The notes: generated by a model from the letters alone, not told the origin. Positions 13,031-26,748 are shown, numbered from the stretch's first letter. The stretch: DNA of 64,000 nucleotides from Ruditapes philippinarum (GCF_026571515.1 NW_026852414.1:1-64000), one strand, 5' to 3'. A program made the numbers and translations.

Positions 13031-16000
13031 ATACCAGTAGGATGATTGTAGCCCTAAAACACTCGTCTTAAAATCAAGGCTTTTCATTTAGATTTACAGT
13101 ACCTAAATCCACAAGGACAGCATGTCCAGCCTGCTTGATTGTAATGTTTATTTTATAGCAGACGCTGTGAACTGCATCAAAAATGGACTATTCAATGTAG
13201 GTATAAACAAATGTGAACAAATGTACCAAGTTATTTTATATTCCCCTAAGCCCAATTCGGACCTTTAACCCCTTCAATCCGGGACGGATTGTCTTTTGCA
13301 ATAAATAAATAAACCCGCACAAGCCAGTCCTCACCATGAAATTAAGTGTGTGTGCGTGTCCTAGTGTGATTTAAAACAGATTTTCTTGTATATAAAGTCC
13401 AACTTACTTTACTTCCTTCGCTACTCGTATTCTCGCTGCCCAATCTGTCAACGGAATGGTTTCCCGCGTCCATTTTTAATGATAAGATTTAATTATTAAA
13501 TATTAAAAATTTAATTTTAAATATTAAGAATTAAATTTTAAATAATAAGTTTTAAGTTTTAGATATTAATTTAAAATGTCCCTCCAGGGCTTCCATACAA
13601 TGCACATGCTTCTTACATAATGTTATTAAATACAAATATAACTACATATTTGTTTACTTGAATTTTACGTATCAAAATAAAATTAGTCAACATAACATGA
13701 CATTAACTGCTAATAATAGCAGCTCCTTCCATGGTCAAAAAAGCAATCTATAAGAGACGACGCCGCTCACAGGCGTCGCCAATGATCTTTTATCATTTGA
13801 ATTAATAAGAAGATGTGAAAAATGTGACGCAACTCTGCGCGTTTCGCTGGATTATGTTTTTGTATCTTTCATTCAACTTTTGGGGGTGTTATGCAAGACT
13901 TTACAGTTGCTCCTTAGAAGTTACTTAAATACTATATTCCCATATGTCTTGAAGAGCAGTTTTGAATGTTGAAGGATTTATTTTTAGGCCAAAAGAATGA
14001 ATAAGTGAGTTAATATCATGATCAAGAATCAAGTGAAATAAAACATGAAATAAATCATTATAACAAATAATATTATCAACGGAAACATAAACAAGCTTGC
14101 AAACGAATATTAACATGAACATTTTTGAACATACATCAAACACATTTTCTCTAGAATTATGTCAAAAATTCCTAAACTTACATAGATACGAAAGTGGTTT
14201 AACTCATTGCTTTACAAATGATTATTACCCATCCAGTGCGCATTTTTAATTTGAGAAAAATTTATAGTATTTTTATACTTTTTCTAGATTAAACTTGACA
14301 TGAAAAGTGATCTGAATGTATTAGCAAATGTATTTATGGACATGTTAAATAACATTAAAACTATTCAAGGACATGTTAAATGACATCATAATTACATATA
14401 AACGTGGGAAGCAATTAAAACAACCTGTGTTAATTTCAGAATACTGTTACCATATATAAATTGATGTCCAAAACTGCTAGCGATAATTGAAATGACGAAG
14501 ACTAATGTACAAGCGAAACGCGAGATTTTATTCGTCGAAAAAAATATTTTTTTGTCATTTTCTTTTCGTCGTTTATGCAAAATGTTATCTTTCATTCATC
14601 TTAGTTGCAAAAACATATATCTAATACATGAATTATTGTTTCCTTTGTTTCTATTCGCCTGTCTGAAGTCGTTGCATGTTCATCCAGCTCCAATGCTCCC
14701 ATTTTATCAAATATAACAGAATTATTATAAAAATTATCAAATATCTGATATTTTTGAAAACCTACAAATTGAATAATTAGATAAAAACAACCAAAACTTC
14801 TTACAAATTAAAATAACATGTAACTTTATGTTCGTACTTTAATAGTTGTTGAAGGAAATGCATGTTGGGATACTCAGCATTCTAAATTAGAACTTTTCAA
14901 CTTTCAAACTGATAGAGATATACATTTAAATGATAGCAAATATATGTATAACGTGAAATTGGCGACTACCATTTTCTGTTTCAGTTGAGCTTAATTTACC
15001 TTTTTCTGTATAATTATAGTCCAGCTCTTTGAATTCTAACCGAAATTAGGAACGAAACTGTAATTAATTTTAATTGTTCAGGTAATTATTGCATGTTAAT
15101 TTGTAATCACTTTACTCTTGTGACGATAGGTTTTGTTAACGTTTTTCTATTTTTATATTTCTTTATTGATTGCTGTGATAGAATAAAACAGTATCGTGTT
15201 TAGTTTAATCAAACCAATGGCTACCATTTTGTTCTGGAAGAAAAACCCTAAATGGGTTTATTTCAGTGTCGTGTTATTTCTTAAAAAATGTTGTAGGTCG
15301 TTAATGGAAAAGCAAAATGTTTTCAATATGCACAACCATATTTTCTAAAACAAGCACTCTTTGTCGAAGTTTACTTTGCGAATATACCATTCTAGTAACA
15401 GGAATTATTTTAATTATTCAAAAATTATATTCAACAAACACATTATCATTTAATAGTTCTTTTGTAATACTATGTAAACAGCAAAAGCTATAAATATAAA
15501 CAATTTTATTCTTATTTGTGCACAGAACTGGTAATGCTGAAATCCTTAAAAATATGGCATTTATACGTTTCTGAAAGTTTCTTTATGTCATTTTATTTAT
15601 TTTAGAATGGTTAATGAAAAATCAAATATCAGTTTTCTTGTTTTGTGCAAATATTATATTTCCACAAATTGTAGTGAAAAGAAAGGATTATGAATTGTTC
15701 AGTAAAATTATTTTGCGTTCTAGTTTTTTAGTTTTATAAATTGTTTTTTTTAATAACTTACAACCTCAAACTGGTAAAAATCTTTACGACTCTTTTTTAT
15801 GAAAATATGAAAATATATTACTTATCTGTAAATGTCAATAAAGGTGTGCTTTCGACAATGCAGAAAGTCAAGCGGGAGTCGTTTATGAAAGACAGGTTTT
15901 CAAAGTTTTGCCAACTTGGCCAAATAAACATTTACATATTGCAGTTGATAAAAACATTAAGTATATAATTTCAATAGAAATCAAGTACATCACCACTCTA

Positions 16001-16910
16001 TTGTTATGTATATAGCTTCTAAGCTGACATTTCCATGTTTACTTAGTGTCTTGTAGCCGATATGTATTTTATTGCAGGTTTGTATTTTTAAAAAGCAGAT
16101 ATATAATGATTTAGCTCTCGATTGACATTTGGATACAATTTCTCATTTGTTTTGCTTCTGTGATACTAAATAACGGCTTTTGTACTTAGTAAAAGCAATG
16201 AAAGTGTAAAAAAGAGAAATATTGCTACTCTGATTACATCCCTCGATTATCCAATATATCTTTAATGTTTTAAATGTCATATTACTAATGGCTAACAGCA
16301 TGTATACTACTTCTGGCGAGTAACAAAATGAAAAAAAAGTAGTTTAATGTTAATGTAATTAAAGTAACCTCATGCATATGTGATGAGTGTCATACATTTG
16401 TAATAATAAAGGATGAAACGGTTTATCATCACAAAACAAATAATGTCAATAAAACAGCATTTTTTTCCGGGATTTAAGTAATTTCCTTACAATACACAAA
16501 GAGAAGATATCACCCACTTCTTATACCTGACACCTTATACCTTGGTAAAATTCTCTCTTTAACAGACAAAAAACGAAAAGAACATTACAGGAAGAAGTAA
16601 ACTGTTTTCTTTTACAATAAACGTCACTATGCGTGAGTATAAATAAAATTAGTTATAATTGCGAGATATAATTGTAAATGTATTTTTGTTATTGAGCTAA
16701 TAGAACAAGCATTAGTCTTTGAAGCTGTTTTAAGGCAACATTGGCGTCTTACGCACTGATTAAAACACGAACTTAACGACAAGTTGTCTAGTTAATTAAC
16801 TAAGATAGGAATACATAACTGTGTTCTTCGAGATATTTTCACAAACTAAAAATAAAATAAAATTTTGAGCATAGTGCCGAATGCAAGTCAACCATTAAGT
16901 TTGTTAGAAT

Positions 16911-16984
16911 ATGAATTTCTTAAACATTAGACGGAAACTTGGAATATTTTCAAGTGCGGAAATACTTTTTCGAAAATGTTCAAG
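16911..16984 (+). CDS. Variable mini-exon V5: MNFLNIRRKLGIFSSAEILFRKCS + AG, donor GTAAGT
   Basis: 74 nt, open, consensus donor. Confidence 0.85.
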
Positions 16985-18985
16985 GTAAGTGTATGCATTT
17001 TGCCTAATGTAAAACTGGTCCTAGTGATGCGCATAAACTTTCACTAAATTAAGATACAAAATGTATGTTCAGTTCGACTATAAATTTGACGATTTGTCAT
17101 CACAGTAATAGGGCGGTTAAAATATATAGAATAATGTAGATACTAGTATACCTTTGAAATTCAGAGTTTGCTTAAATTTTGAAGCATCGACTCTGAGAAT
17201 ATTACCAATCACATCAAGCAGGTGGCTGAAACATACAATATCGAACAGATAAACGTACATGTATAATGTTTCACTTTGATAAAAGTTTTACTGGCTACGA
17301 TTTCAAAAAGTCATTTGTTGCCAATTCATTTGAATTATGCAGGATTCATTTTATATCATTAAAAATCATAAACAGACTCGATCCATCATCAGAGTCTGCT
17401 ATTACAACGTTTTCTTTTTATCTTTTGTTGTATTGCTCTCGGAGCACCTTCAAATATATACTCTTATTTCAGTATGCAATTGGCATATTTGTTCATAGAT
17501 TGTCTGTGATATTGCCACGATCATTTACAGAATCTGATCATTTTGTTCAAATATTTGTATCGTGCGAACATGCAATAACAAATTGTTTTTGAGATAAGTT
17601 TACATATTAAGTTTATCTATCTTTATTCAAAATTTGAATAAATCAGATGAAGATGGCAGATTTCGTAATAACATAAAGACTTTCGCGACAGAAATTAAAA
17701 ATGAGAACAATGAACAACAAGCAAGATCTTTTCGTTCGTTAATTCTATCAGAAATTAATGTATAATTTCTGATCTTTAACAGAAATGATTATACAAAGGC
17801 TTTGCCGATTATGTTAACAAATGGCTAGAAAGTGACAAGAGAGCTCTTATTTCTGTCACTTTGATCTGCTTAAAAAGATATTTCGAAATTTTCACACTTT
17901 TAAATATTTAGTTGCTTTTCTTGGACTAGGTAGATAACATTAAATCAAGTTTTTACGAATGTTACTACAATTTCAGAAAAAGTTAAATCCAAACGGACGA
18001 ACCAAATAATATAAATCATGGTGAATCTCCTGCTTCCATTTCAGTGTTTAATGATCATTATTTTTAGAAATGGCCAGAGAGTTGTCTACTGTAACTGATA
18101 TAACATCAAATACTTTTTGTCAAATCAATATTTGTCATTGCTCGTATTGTTTATAACAGCTTTTCCATTGTGAACAGCAATCATTCAAAAGGGACTAATG
18201 ATTATTAAAAATCTGATTTCACCACTTGAGATGATGTGACGAAAACATAAATGTTTTTTTCCCATTGCATATAAAGCCCAAGCAATTAAGCGTCCATTGA
18301 ATGTTGCCTTTCCTTGTTGGATTTTGTTTACAAATTTTGACTTCTTTAAAATAAAGCCCGTCATACTAGATGGTTATGATAAACGTAATTTGTTGCTCAA
18401 AAGCAGGGGCTGTGTGGCAGAAAAGGAACAGTAGAACACGACACAAAAAATGCATTTACAATTGGTTCACCGCAAACCTTTTATAAATATTTTTGCCGGA
18501 AGAAATTATCAATTTCGAATAAATTACGTTTGAAATCATGTTGATTTATTTAGAGACAGAAATATATGTGTACATAGTATAATGCGGATTTAAATCATAT
18601 TAAATTCTAATAACACCTGACACCCCTAGACATTTCCTTCTTGAAATATTGAGCGCCATACAAATAAACGTATTTATGTAAAATGATGTTTAGTATTAGC
18701 AGCCATATATAGAGTAAAATGGTTTGCATTAATGTGCATTAATTCAAATAACCCTAGGGAAAAGCTGCAAGCTCATGATTGTTTTTGATACATAAAACAG
18801 ACATTGATCCTATAATGTAACGCCGTCTTCAAAAGTCAATCAATTTAGACACGACAATAACGAAAAATAATCTGGCTAATTAACCCAACATGGAATATAT
18901 AATTGTATTAAATAATTCTCAGATTAGGTGTATTCTATGTGAAAACTTTTACAGAAAGGAATTTGATTTTTAAGCTTCGGATAAT

Positions 18986-19059
18986 ATGAATTTCTTAAAT
19001 ATTCGAAGGAAACTAGGAATATTTTCAAGTGCTGAATTATTGTCTCGGAAAAGTTCAAG
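18986..19059 (+). CDS. Variable mini-exon V6: MNFLNIRRKLGIFSSAELLSRKSS + AG, donor GTAGGT
   Basis: 74 nt, open, phase-2 donor. Confidence 0.78.
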
Positions 19060-19698
19060 GTAGGTGATTAAAGTTTAATATTTATATGTTTCTTTTATTA
19101 TTCAATATTACTCTAATGAGCTTCTTTGTGACACATTGGTGCCACATACTTCTATCTGGAAATATATCTAAATATGTATATAAATATATCTAAAACAACG
19201 ATTTTATAATACTTAAATGAATGTTTTAAAGTAACAAGAAAACACGTACAAATTGTTTTGCAACTTATTGCAATATGTTGCAAATCAAAATAACGAATAT
19301 GATATCGCAAATTGCATGCTCGAATGCATACAATTTATTTATAATTGTGGACAAACGTATAACATAATAATCAATGGACTCATTTCATAAAATTTTAATT
19401 TTACATTTCCTGTCAAAGAAAAAAGGCATATTGCATGAATTAGTAAAATTGACATGATATGTTATTTACGGTAGCTAAATGTGCAACCTTTGTAACGAAC
19501 AGGCTAAAAGGGGAATATTTTGTTAACATATCATCCGGTTACAGATTAAAACGAAGACTTTTGCTTTCAACATTTGTCAGACATTTACAACAAAAGTTTA
19601 TTAATTCTTATAATCTTCTGATAGACATTGATAACACTAATATTTTGTAATTCGGAAAAATAATCAGTTTTTATTAATTGGAATATTTGTTCTACAAA

Positions 19699-19772
19699 AT
19701 GAATTTCCTGTCTGTTCAAAGGAGTAAGAGATTGTTTTCTAGCGCCGAAATGCTATTCAAGAAATGTTTAAG
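19699..19772 (+). CDS. Variable mini-exon V7: MNFLSVQRSKRLFSSAEMLFKKCL + AG, donor GTAAGC
   Basis: 74 nt, open, phase-2 donor. Confidence 0.82.
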
Positions 19773-22700
19773 GTAAGCATTATTTTTATGTTTGTGTCGG
19801 TTTTATAAAACTGTTGTTTTTTCACAAGATAAACGCTGTCGCATAAACATATACTTTTGGTTGCTGTTTAACACATTAACACATATTCGTGAATAGTTTT
19901 TTTTGCACGTCCATTGACATTTGCTCTGTAATTTGAATTGCAATTGTAACTTCGAGTCAGTCATTATTAGTAAGTCAGAAGCAAACGACTCAAATATTCT
20001 AAATATCGTAAAACCATGACCGGAACTTTATATAGTTACTGCATCGAAAAAGACGGATGTTTTAAAATTAAAATTAAAACTATTTTCATGTTTAAATGTT
20101 GTGTACTGTTTAAATCGGTGTTAGGAGCGTTCAACTTTACGGTACCATTCATTCACAAGCTCAATCAATGTGAGCTTGAAATAATTCAAATTTGCTGTTT
20201 TAGGCGTTGTTATGGGCTTCGTTTATCTCGTTTACATTAACGAGGTGTTCTTTTGCTTCGTATGCTTGTTATTATATTTTTCTAGTCCTTCGGGATCATT
20301 GATGCCAGCACTATTAAGTGTTGAGAATTGAGTACCGCTCAAGCCCTTGCTAGGGGGAGTGAGGGATGTTGCACTTATTCATTATCCTTCATGTACAGAC
20401 TCAATTAAATCGATTCTGCAATTCTTATGTAATTTTGTTGTTATTAATGCTTCCGAGGGATCACTTTGTTTCCAGATTTTTATTTACAATACTGCCAGTC
20501 AGTTCATAATGAGTCAAACAAAACAGAAAATTCACTTTCTGAGATGAACTTTTAAAGAACAGCAATATTATCTGATCAATTATTGCATGTGAATATACAA
20601 GGTGTGTCTTAATTAAGTATATGCCTGTATTAAGCTTGCTTTAAAAAATTATTTTGCCATTTTATTCGCTAAATGTACGTCATTTCACAGAATAATTATT
20701 AGAGAAATATCATTGGTTATTTGAATAGCTGTAGAGTAAGTTAACATATGTTTTAATCGAATTAGGCATAAGTAAAATCATAATTAACTATACTCTATTT
20801 GGAGATATATGAAAATACATGTGTTTGAAATCGGTTTAGGTCATTGCAGGATATACATATTGTATGTTGTATTATGTATATGTTGGCAAAACAAGATTTT
20901 TCGTAGTAACTTGACTTTGAGAAATAATTTATTAATAATATTGCCAACCGAATTTGTCTGAAATTGACTTATTATGATTGTTAAAGCAATCAGTAATCAA
21001 ATACATCGTTAAAGCGTATTTTTACGAAGAAACGCATCATATCGTTCAGCAGAATGTTATCATGTGTTACAACATATCTTCGACAAATTGTGTGTATGAT
21101 ACTTAAATAACAATTTGTTATTACAACATTGTTTTGTCAACCCAGTATTTCATGTTCAATTATATACAATATCATGCAGAATCTTCTAATATTGTTTAGA
21201 TGTTTAAGATATGATCAGCATGAGTTTGGCACATGACAATTATATAATTAACATTTGCAATAACTATCATTTAAAATGTGCACTGGTACAAGAAACTATT
21301 TTATATACACTCTGTATATAATACTTTTTATATAATACTACATTTGTCAATATAAGGTGACTTATAGGTCCATTGGGCCGCGTGTATATTTTGTTACTTT
21401 TAGTACACATGTATCATATCATTGATTTTACACATGTCACTATGATAAATAAATTTCTTATCTTACCTCTGAAGAAATGCAAAATTTAAAAGAAATCTTA
21501 GCATGAATATTCAGAATATACAGAAAGTTTTAATGTGACATGAAATCGCATAATGCTGTGCTTCTTTTTTTATTTCAAAGTTGAATTGACTTTATTTCAA
21601 AAGATTGACTGTTTGATAGTGGAAAATGTTCACAGTAAAATGACAATATGTCTAAAAAATAAAAACAAGACTCCCTATTCTTTTTTATAAATTGAACGTT
21701 ACAGGTAAATTACAATGGATATTTATAGAAATTTATTTGGCCAAGTTATTGATCATTCAAGTTTATCATGAAAGGAATTACGGAAAATGTACACTCAATT
21801 TAACTTTTACCTGTTCCCTTAGATTGGCATAATGTCACTTTATCTATACAAATGTACAATTTTAAAAATAATGTTACTGATGTTTACATTTTAAAGCCAT
21901 TCTGTTTGTCAGTTTTTATTAACGCTAAACGTTGAATATTGTTTCACCTTGTACAGAGGAGGTTTTTTTATAACAATAATAGTATCGTTTGCATTGTTTG
22001 GTCTTTTACATCTAAAGTTCAAATAGTAATACTTTTCGTTGGACAATGTTTGCAAAGCAAATGTCTAATTGTTTCCTTTAAAGCTTTTTATGCTGGACCG
22101 GGGATACAAACAGTGTCTTTATTAGCTAAATATCAAATAAAAAAACAGAGTAATAAAATTGAGAGATCAGCTTGGAACAAATATTACATAATATATTTTA
22201 TAGATATCATCTCATCTGCATTGTAGTTAATTTACAATACAGCGAAAAGTAATCAGTCACTGCTATCAAGTGATTTCACGTGAAAGTACTCTATTTAAAA
22301 TTCTGAGAACAATAAATGTAACAATGCACATATATGTAAGTGGTGTTTTTGTCAGAAAGCTACTGTATATCAACATAAGATTTACGTCACTGCACAAGGT
22401 TCCTAACTTTTTTGATATACGAGCCTTTAGAAGAGCATTGACCGTGGTTTCTAAAACTATTTATGCACCCAATAGCTTTTAGATGTCATTTAATCATCGT
22501 CATCGTTAGTCATCTAATTTTAGCATGTACTTTATGACAAATAATTGTACTAATTGATATAAGAATAAGTGCCATTTTATATTACGATAGCTATTTTAGA
22601 AAATTTGGAAATTGCAATTACAATCATACAAAATTCATTTCGATATTTCAGTGGTCTTTATTTCGAAGAAATATATGTTTTAGATATGAGGGAAACCTGG

Positions 22701-23499
22701 ATTAATTTCAAATTCATTATAAATGAATTGCCACGTTGCCAGCAGAATCTAAAGAACATGTACGAACAAATTTAGCCTTTACGTTACATACTTTACAAAT
22801 CGTGTAGCATTATGAAAATCAGATAAATAAATGAGAAAAAATTGACAATTATAGGTTAATTTGGTCTTCTCTGAAAATGTTCATCTTAAGTGTGCAAAGT
22901 TTTAGATATTACATATCTTCTCTGTGTGTAGTCAGATTTTAAATTTGCTAGGGGACTGTATAGACTGTACTAGTATTTCACGAGTTTTAAATTTGAAAAT
23001 AACATACCTTTCAATATTTTCAGTTGCAAAGTTTTCATTGAAGTTTACATAATCCTGACGAAGAATACTGTCCTCTCATTTCTGTAGTGAGTGGAAGTGC
23101 TTTAATCATATATCGTGTGCTGGACTGTATGTATTTTATAAATTCATTGTGTAAATAAAGACAATATGTCTTATTGTACTCGAGGGACTTGTTGTATAAA
23201 TTTTAATTATACTTTTTCTGATAAATAAAAGACAGCAAAAAAACCTTGTTGAAACCAGATATGTAATGTTTTCAAAACAAAGCATTCGATATGACAATGG
23301 CAGATGCATTCAGAGAGTGAGAAGAGTGGGAGAAGCTAAATGTTTGTGAACTTATTTAAAGCAAGTGAGTTTTCTTTCAAATTAAGTGTACCTTAGCAAG
23401 TCATATTTCTTAAAAGGACAAACTTAAACCGAAGAAAATAACAACTTTGTTGCGAGTTGAAACGATATGTAATTATTTTACTATAATAAGACTATAACT

Positions 23500-23576
23500 C
23501 TGGCCTACGCAAAGATTGTTAACAGAAATAAAAGTATATTCTTTAGTACTGAAATGTTAGTCAAGAAATGTTCAAG
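23500..23576 (+). CDS. Divergent mini-exon V8: (CTG)AYAKIVNRNKSIFFSTEMLVKKCS + AG, donor GTAAGA; start ATG absent
   Basis: Open frame and intact donor. CTG GCC stands where paralog V13 has ATG GCC. May be a pseudo-exon or use a non-AUG or internal start. Confidence 0.45.
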
Positions 23577-24963
23577 GTAAGAATGGTATGATCCTTTGCA
23601 AATTGCTTAGTGTTTAAACTTGACACCTGGTTTCATCAAGATGCAAATTAATACTTTTGTGAGCAGTTATCCTTATTTTGTAGGTTTCTTTCTATCTTGT
23701 TACTGACCAAAAGTTATCCCTACAAACCCATTATCATACATGTGAGTCAAATGGCATAAAGAAATGTTTCAACGAAAAGATAAAATTTTGTGAATGTAAC
23801 GTATTTTGTTTTTTAAGTGTGTTACGCTGAGCATTTTGTAAAATTTAAGATATTGGCTCTTTAGTTATGTTATTGACACATTAAAAACATTCTGGTATTT
23901 CAATATCACACAAAACACCTTAGCATCAGTTAACAAGATATATCATTGACAAGGGGATCCCTTGCTCTGTTATCTTTGCATTAAAAAGTTCTCATTTAAC
24001 GTTGGAGGGTTTAACTTATATTATTACATTATAATAGAATAAATATTTGTGGAATAAAAAAATTCATTGTTATAAATGGGTAGTAGTAGACTTGTCCTGA
24101 TTAATCTGATTCGCTTGCACCTTTACTATATATTGTTTTAATACTTGAATATTAACTTGAATGTTACACAATTGTATCGATAATTGATATTGGACACTCA
24201 TATCATTCATTCTGCTGAAGATGTATGAATCGTTTCGTTTCCTATATCAATGAAAGAAAATATGTGTAATATTATTATTCCATAGCCTGGCGTCGAGGAT
24301 TATACCGATCATTTTATATTATACAATCAGTAATCTTGATAACATATAGACATGTTTTCAGTACTTAAAACAACAACATGCTACTATGTAAAGCTTTAAA
24401 AGTAGGACCAATTTACTAAGTATGTTCTAATAGCACTTTCAATTTAAAAGTTGTAAAATATTTTTCTAAAGCGTAGAACATTTCACTTACATTGCATCAC
24501 CTTTGAAGTAAACGACATAGACATGCAACAGGAGAGAAATCCTTTGCAAATGATATATCTAAACGATTATTTACATAATTATACTTTACGTTGCTGATCA
24601 AGTAAATCGCATGTATTAAAATAACACATGTAACTGTAAGCAATTTTATCAATTTATATGACAAGCTGTGCTAATAAACTACGACAAATTCAATCTTTTT
24701 CTAAAAAGCCACGTTGCTATGCAAACCAATTTATGAAGGCATTAATAGACCTTTGGAAATAAGTATCGCTTATTATGAATAGTTTGTCATCTGTAACTTG
24801 CCTCTATTTAATAGCAAGCTTGTTATTATTTTGTCAGGCTTTTAAAGCGGAACATTGTGAGGAAGTGTCAGTGTATTAATGTCTGACTTCGAAATTTGAT
24901 TTGTTTCTGAAATTTTCAAACTATTTTAAAACAATAAAAAGGCTTGTTGGATTCGACTTTAAA

Positions 24964-25037
24964 ATGAGTTTCTTAAACATTCGCATGAAACTGAGACTTT
25001 TTGCAAGTGCAGAAATGCTATTTAAAAAATTGTCAAG
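24964..25037 (+). CDS. Variable mini-exon V9: MSFLNIRMKLRLFASAEMLFKKLS + AG, donor GTGAGA
   Basis: 74 nt, open, phase-2 donor. Upstream module shared with V4. Confidence 0.82.
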
Positions 25038-26056
25038 GTGAGATTTTAAAACATTTTTATGAAATGTTTATCTTATTAGAATCATGCTCATTTTGCAGTT
25101 TGCATGTACAATAGGTGTTAGAGAAAGGTCTTATACAACTGATAATTTTAAACTTACATATTTCTTTATACATGTAGTTTGAATTTTTTTTTTAAATTCA
25201 AAGACAAAAGCAGCTGAGATATAGCTTTATACACTTTAATGAACAACTTTCATAAATAAAAGTATTTTGCGCACAACAGGAAACATTTTATAACTGATTG
25301 TTCAGACTGAATATGCTATAAATCCAAAATTGATGCACAAAAGTTAATAAATAAGAAAAAATCCGAAAGTTCAAAAGAAAAACCTCGGTGATAACATATA
25401 TTTTTCAGATACGACGCGATAGATCGACAAAATAAATATGTAAAAGAATGAATATTATTATAATTATGAAAAAAAAAGTTTCAATCAAACATTCAGAAAA
25501 GTTCATTAAACAAGAAAAAGAAGCTTTAAAGATCCTGTATGTTTTGTCATTGATATTGTTACCGTGTGTATTCCACACTTGCAAAAAGTTACATATGTAT
25601 ATAATTATGCAAATAAACAATTTTCAAACATCGAAGAATATGTAAAATGTGTACTGCAAATATTTGTGCACATTATATTTAATCAATAAATTATAAGCAT
25701 TCCTTTCTTATTGGAAAATTTAACTTAGAATTTATAGAAAATAAATTTCTAATTTCCTCCCTTTATTTACATGAAATGTTAAATTCGGTAATACCTTTAT
25801 AAATAATGCGTATTGGAACTTACAATATTGACAAATCTTAATTTGAGCATCATATTTATGAAATAAAACCATGAAAAAAATGAGTTACAGGATCTTTAAA
25901 AACTTATATTATTAAATATGCTTCCCATTCAAATGAAATAAGCATAAAATTTGAATATATTTGATATTCAGTTTTATATCCAAAGTTTTAAATTTTATTT
26001 TACTAAAGCTTCAAACTTATGATTGTTCTTTGAGACATGGTACAGATGTTAATATT

Positions 26057-26236
26057 ATAATGTAACGCCGTCGTAAAAAGTCAATCAATTTAGACACGAC
26101 AATAACGAAAAAATAATCTGGCTAATTAACCTAACGTGGAATATATAATTGTATTAAACAATTCTCAGATTGAGTGCATTCGGTGTGAACACTTTTACAG
26201 AAAGTAATTTGTCTTTTTAGCTTTGGCAAATATGAC
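26057..26236 (+). pseudogene. Truncated unit: V6/V10-type upstream module and ATG (26232) with the exon body missing
   Basis: Matches ~18810-18990 up to 'aatatga', then homology stops. Confidence 0.6.
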
Positions 26237-26665
26237 TTAGAAAACTTAAAGAATATTAAAATATAATATTTGATAGAATTACGACTTTAAATCATTTAAA
26301 TCGTTTTTAACTTGATACCATTTTCCTTCAGCTATCCTACATTTATTTTAAGATTATATTATTTGCATCATTTAATATTGTAATTCTATAAAAATGATTC
26401 TTTTATGTATTTTAAACAATAAGCAATACCATTATTATAGAAGTATGTGTGCTTAAAATACCTTAAATATTTATTAACTTTATTGTCATTGCTTTTCAAG
26501 CACCTCTCCTTATATAAACTACTCGTACAAGTTCAGGTATGTTAGTTCAGGTACAAGTATTATTATATGGTCATATTGTTCATAGTCTGGCATCTGATCA
26601 CCTGTTCAGATTTATTTGTTCAGATACTTGAAGCGTGCCGTCATGCAATGTTCTTACTTCTTTTT

Positions 26666-26748
26666 TCCTAGTTTTAACTGATATTCTCCTTTCACTTAAC
26701 CAGATGTCTTACTTCTATGCTATATACAATCATATGAGAGAGTATGAA
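26666..26748. repeat. 83-bp perfect direct repeat, copy 1 (copy 2 at 28747-28829)
   Basis: tcctagttttaactg...gagagagtatgaa is identical at both positions. Confidence 0.97.

Larger units (their letters stand above)
8504..13597. mobile_element. IS3EU-type DNA transposon (~5.1 kb, decayed)
   Basis: TIRs TATGGAAGCCCTGGAGGGACATTT / AAATGTCCCTCCAGGGCTTCCATA and a perfect 6-bp TSD CAATGC (8498-8503, 13598-13603). TAY..RTA termini with 6-bp TSD fit the IS3EU description. Two convergent coding remnants inside. Confidence 0.85.
14837..20152 (+). repeat. Segmental duplication block A, copy 2 (paralog 653-6532)
   Basis: Colinear match. Carries intact V5, V6 and V7. Confidence 0.95.

Noticed and set aside
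21640-21710. Conserved 'ttgaacgttacag|gtaaa' donor-like site (also ~33013-33030)
   Set aside because: No open ATG frame and no clear similarity to the cassette peptide. It could be a non-coding exon end but is unsupported.
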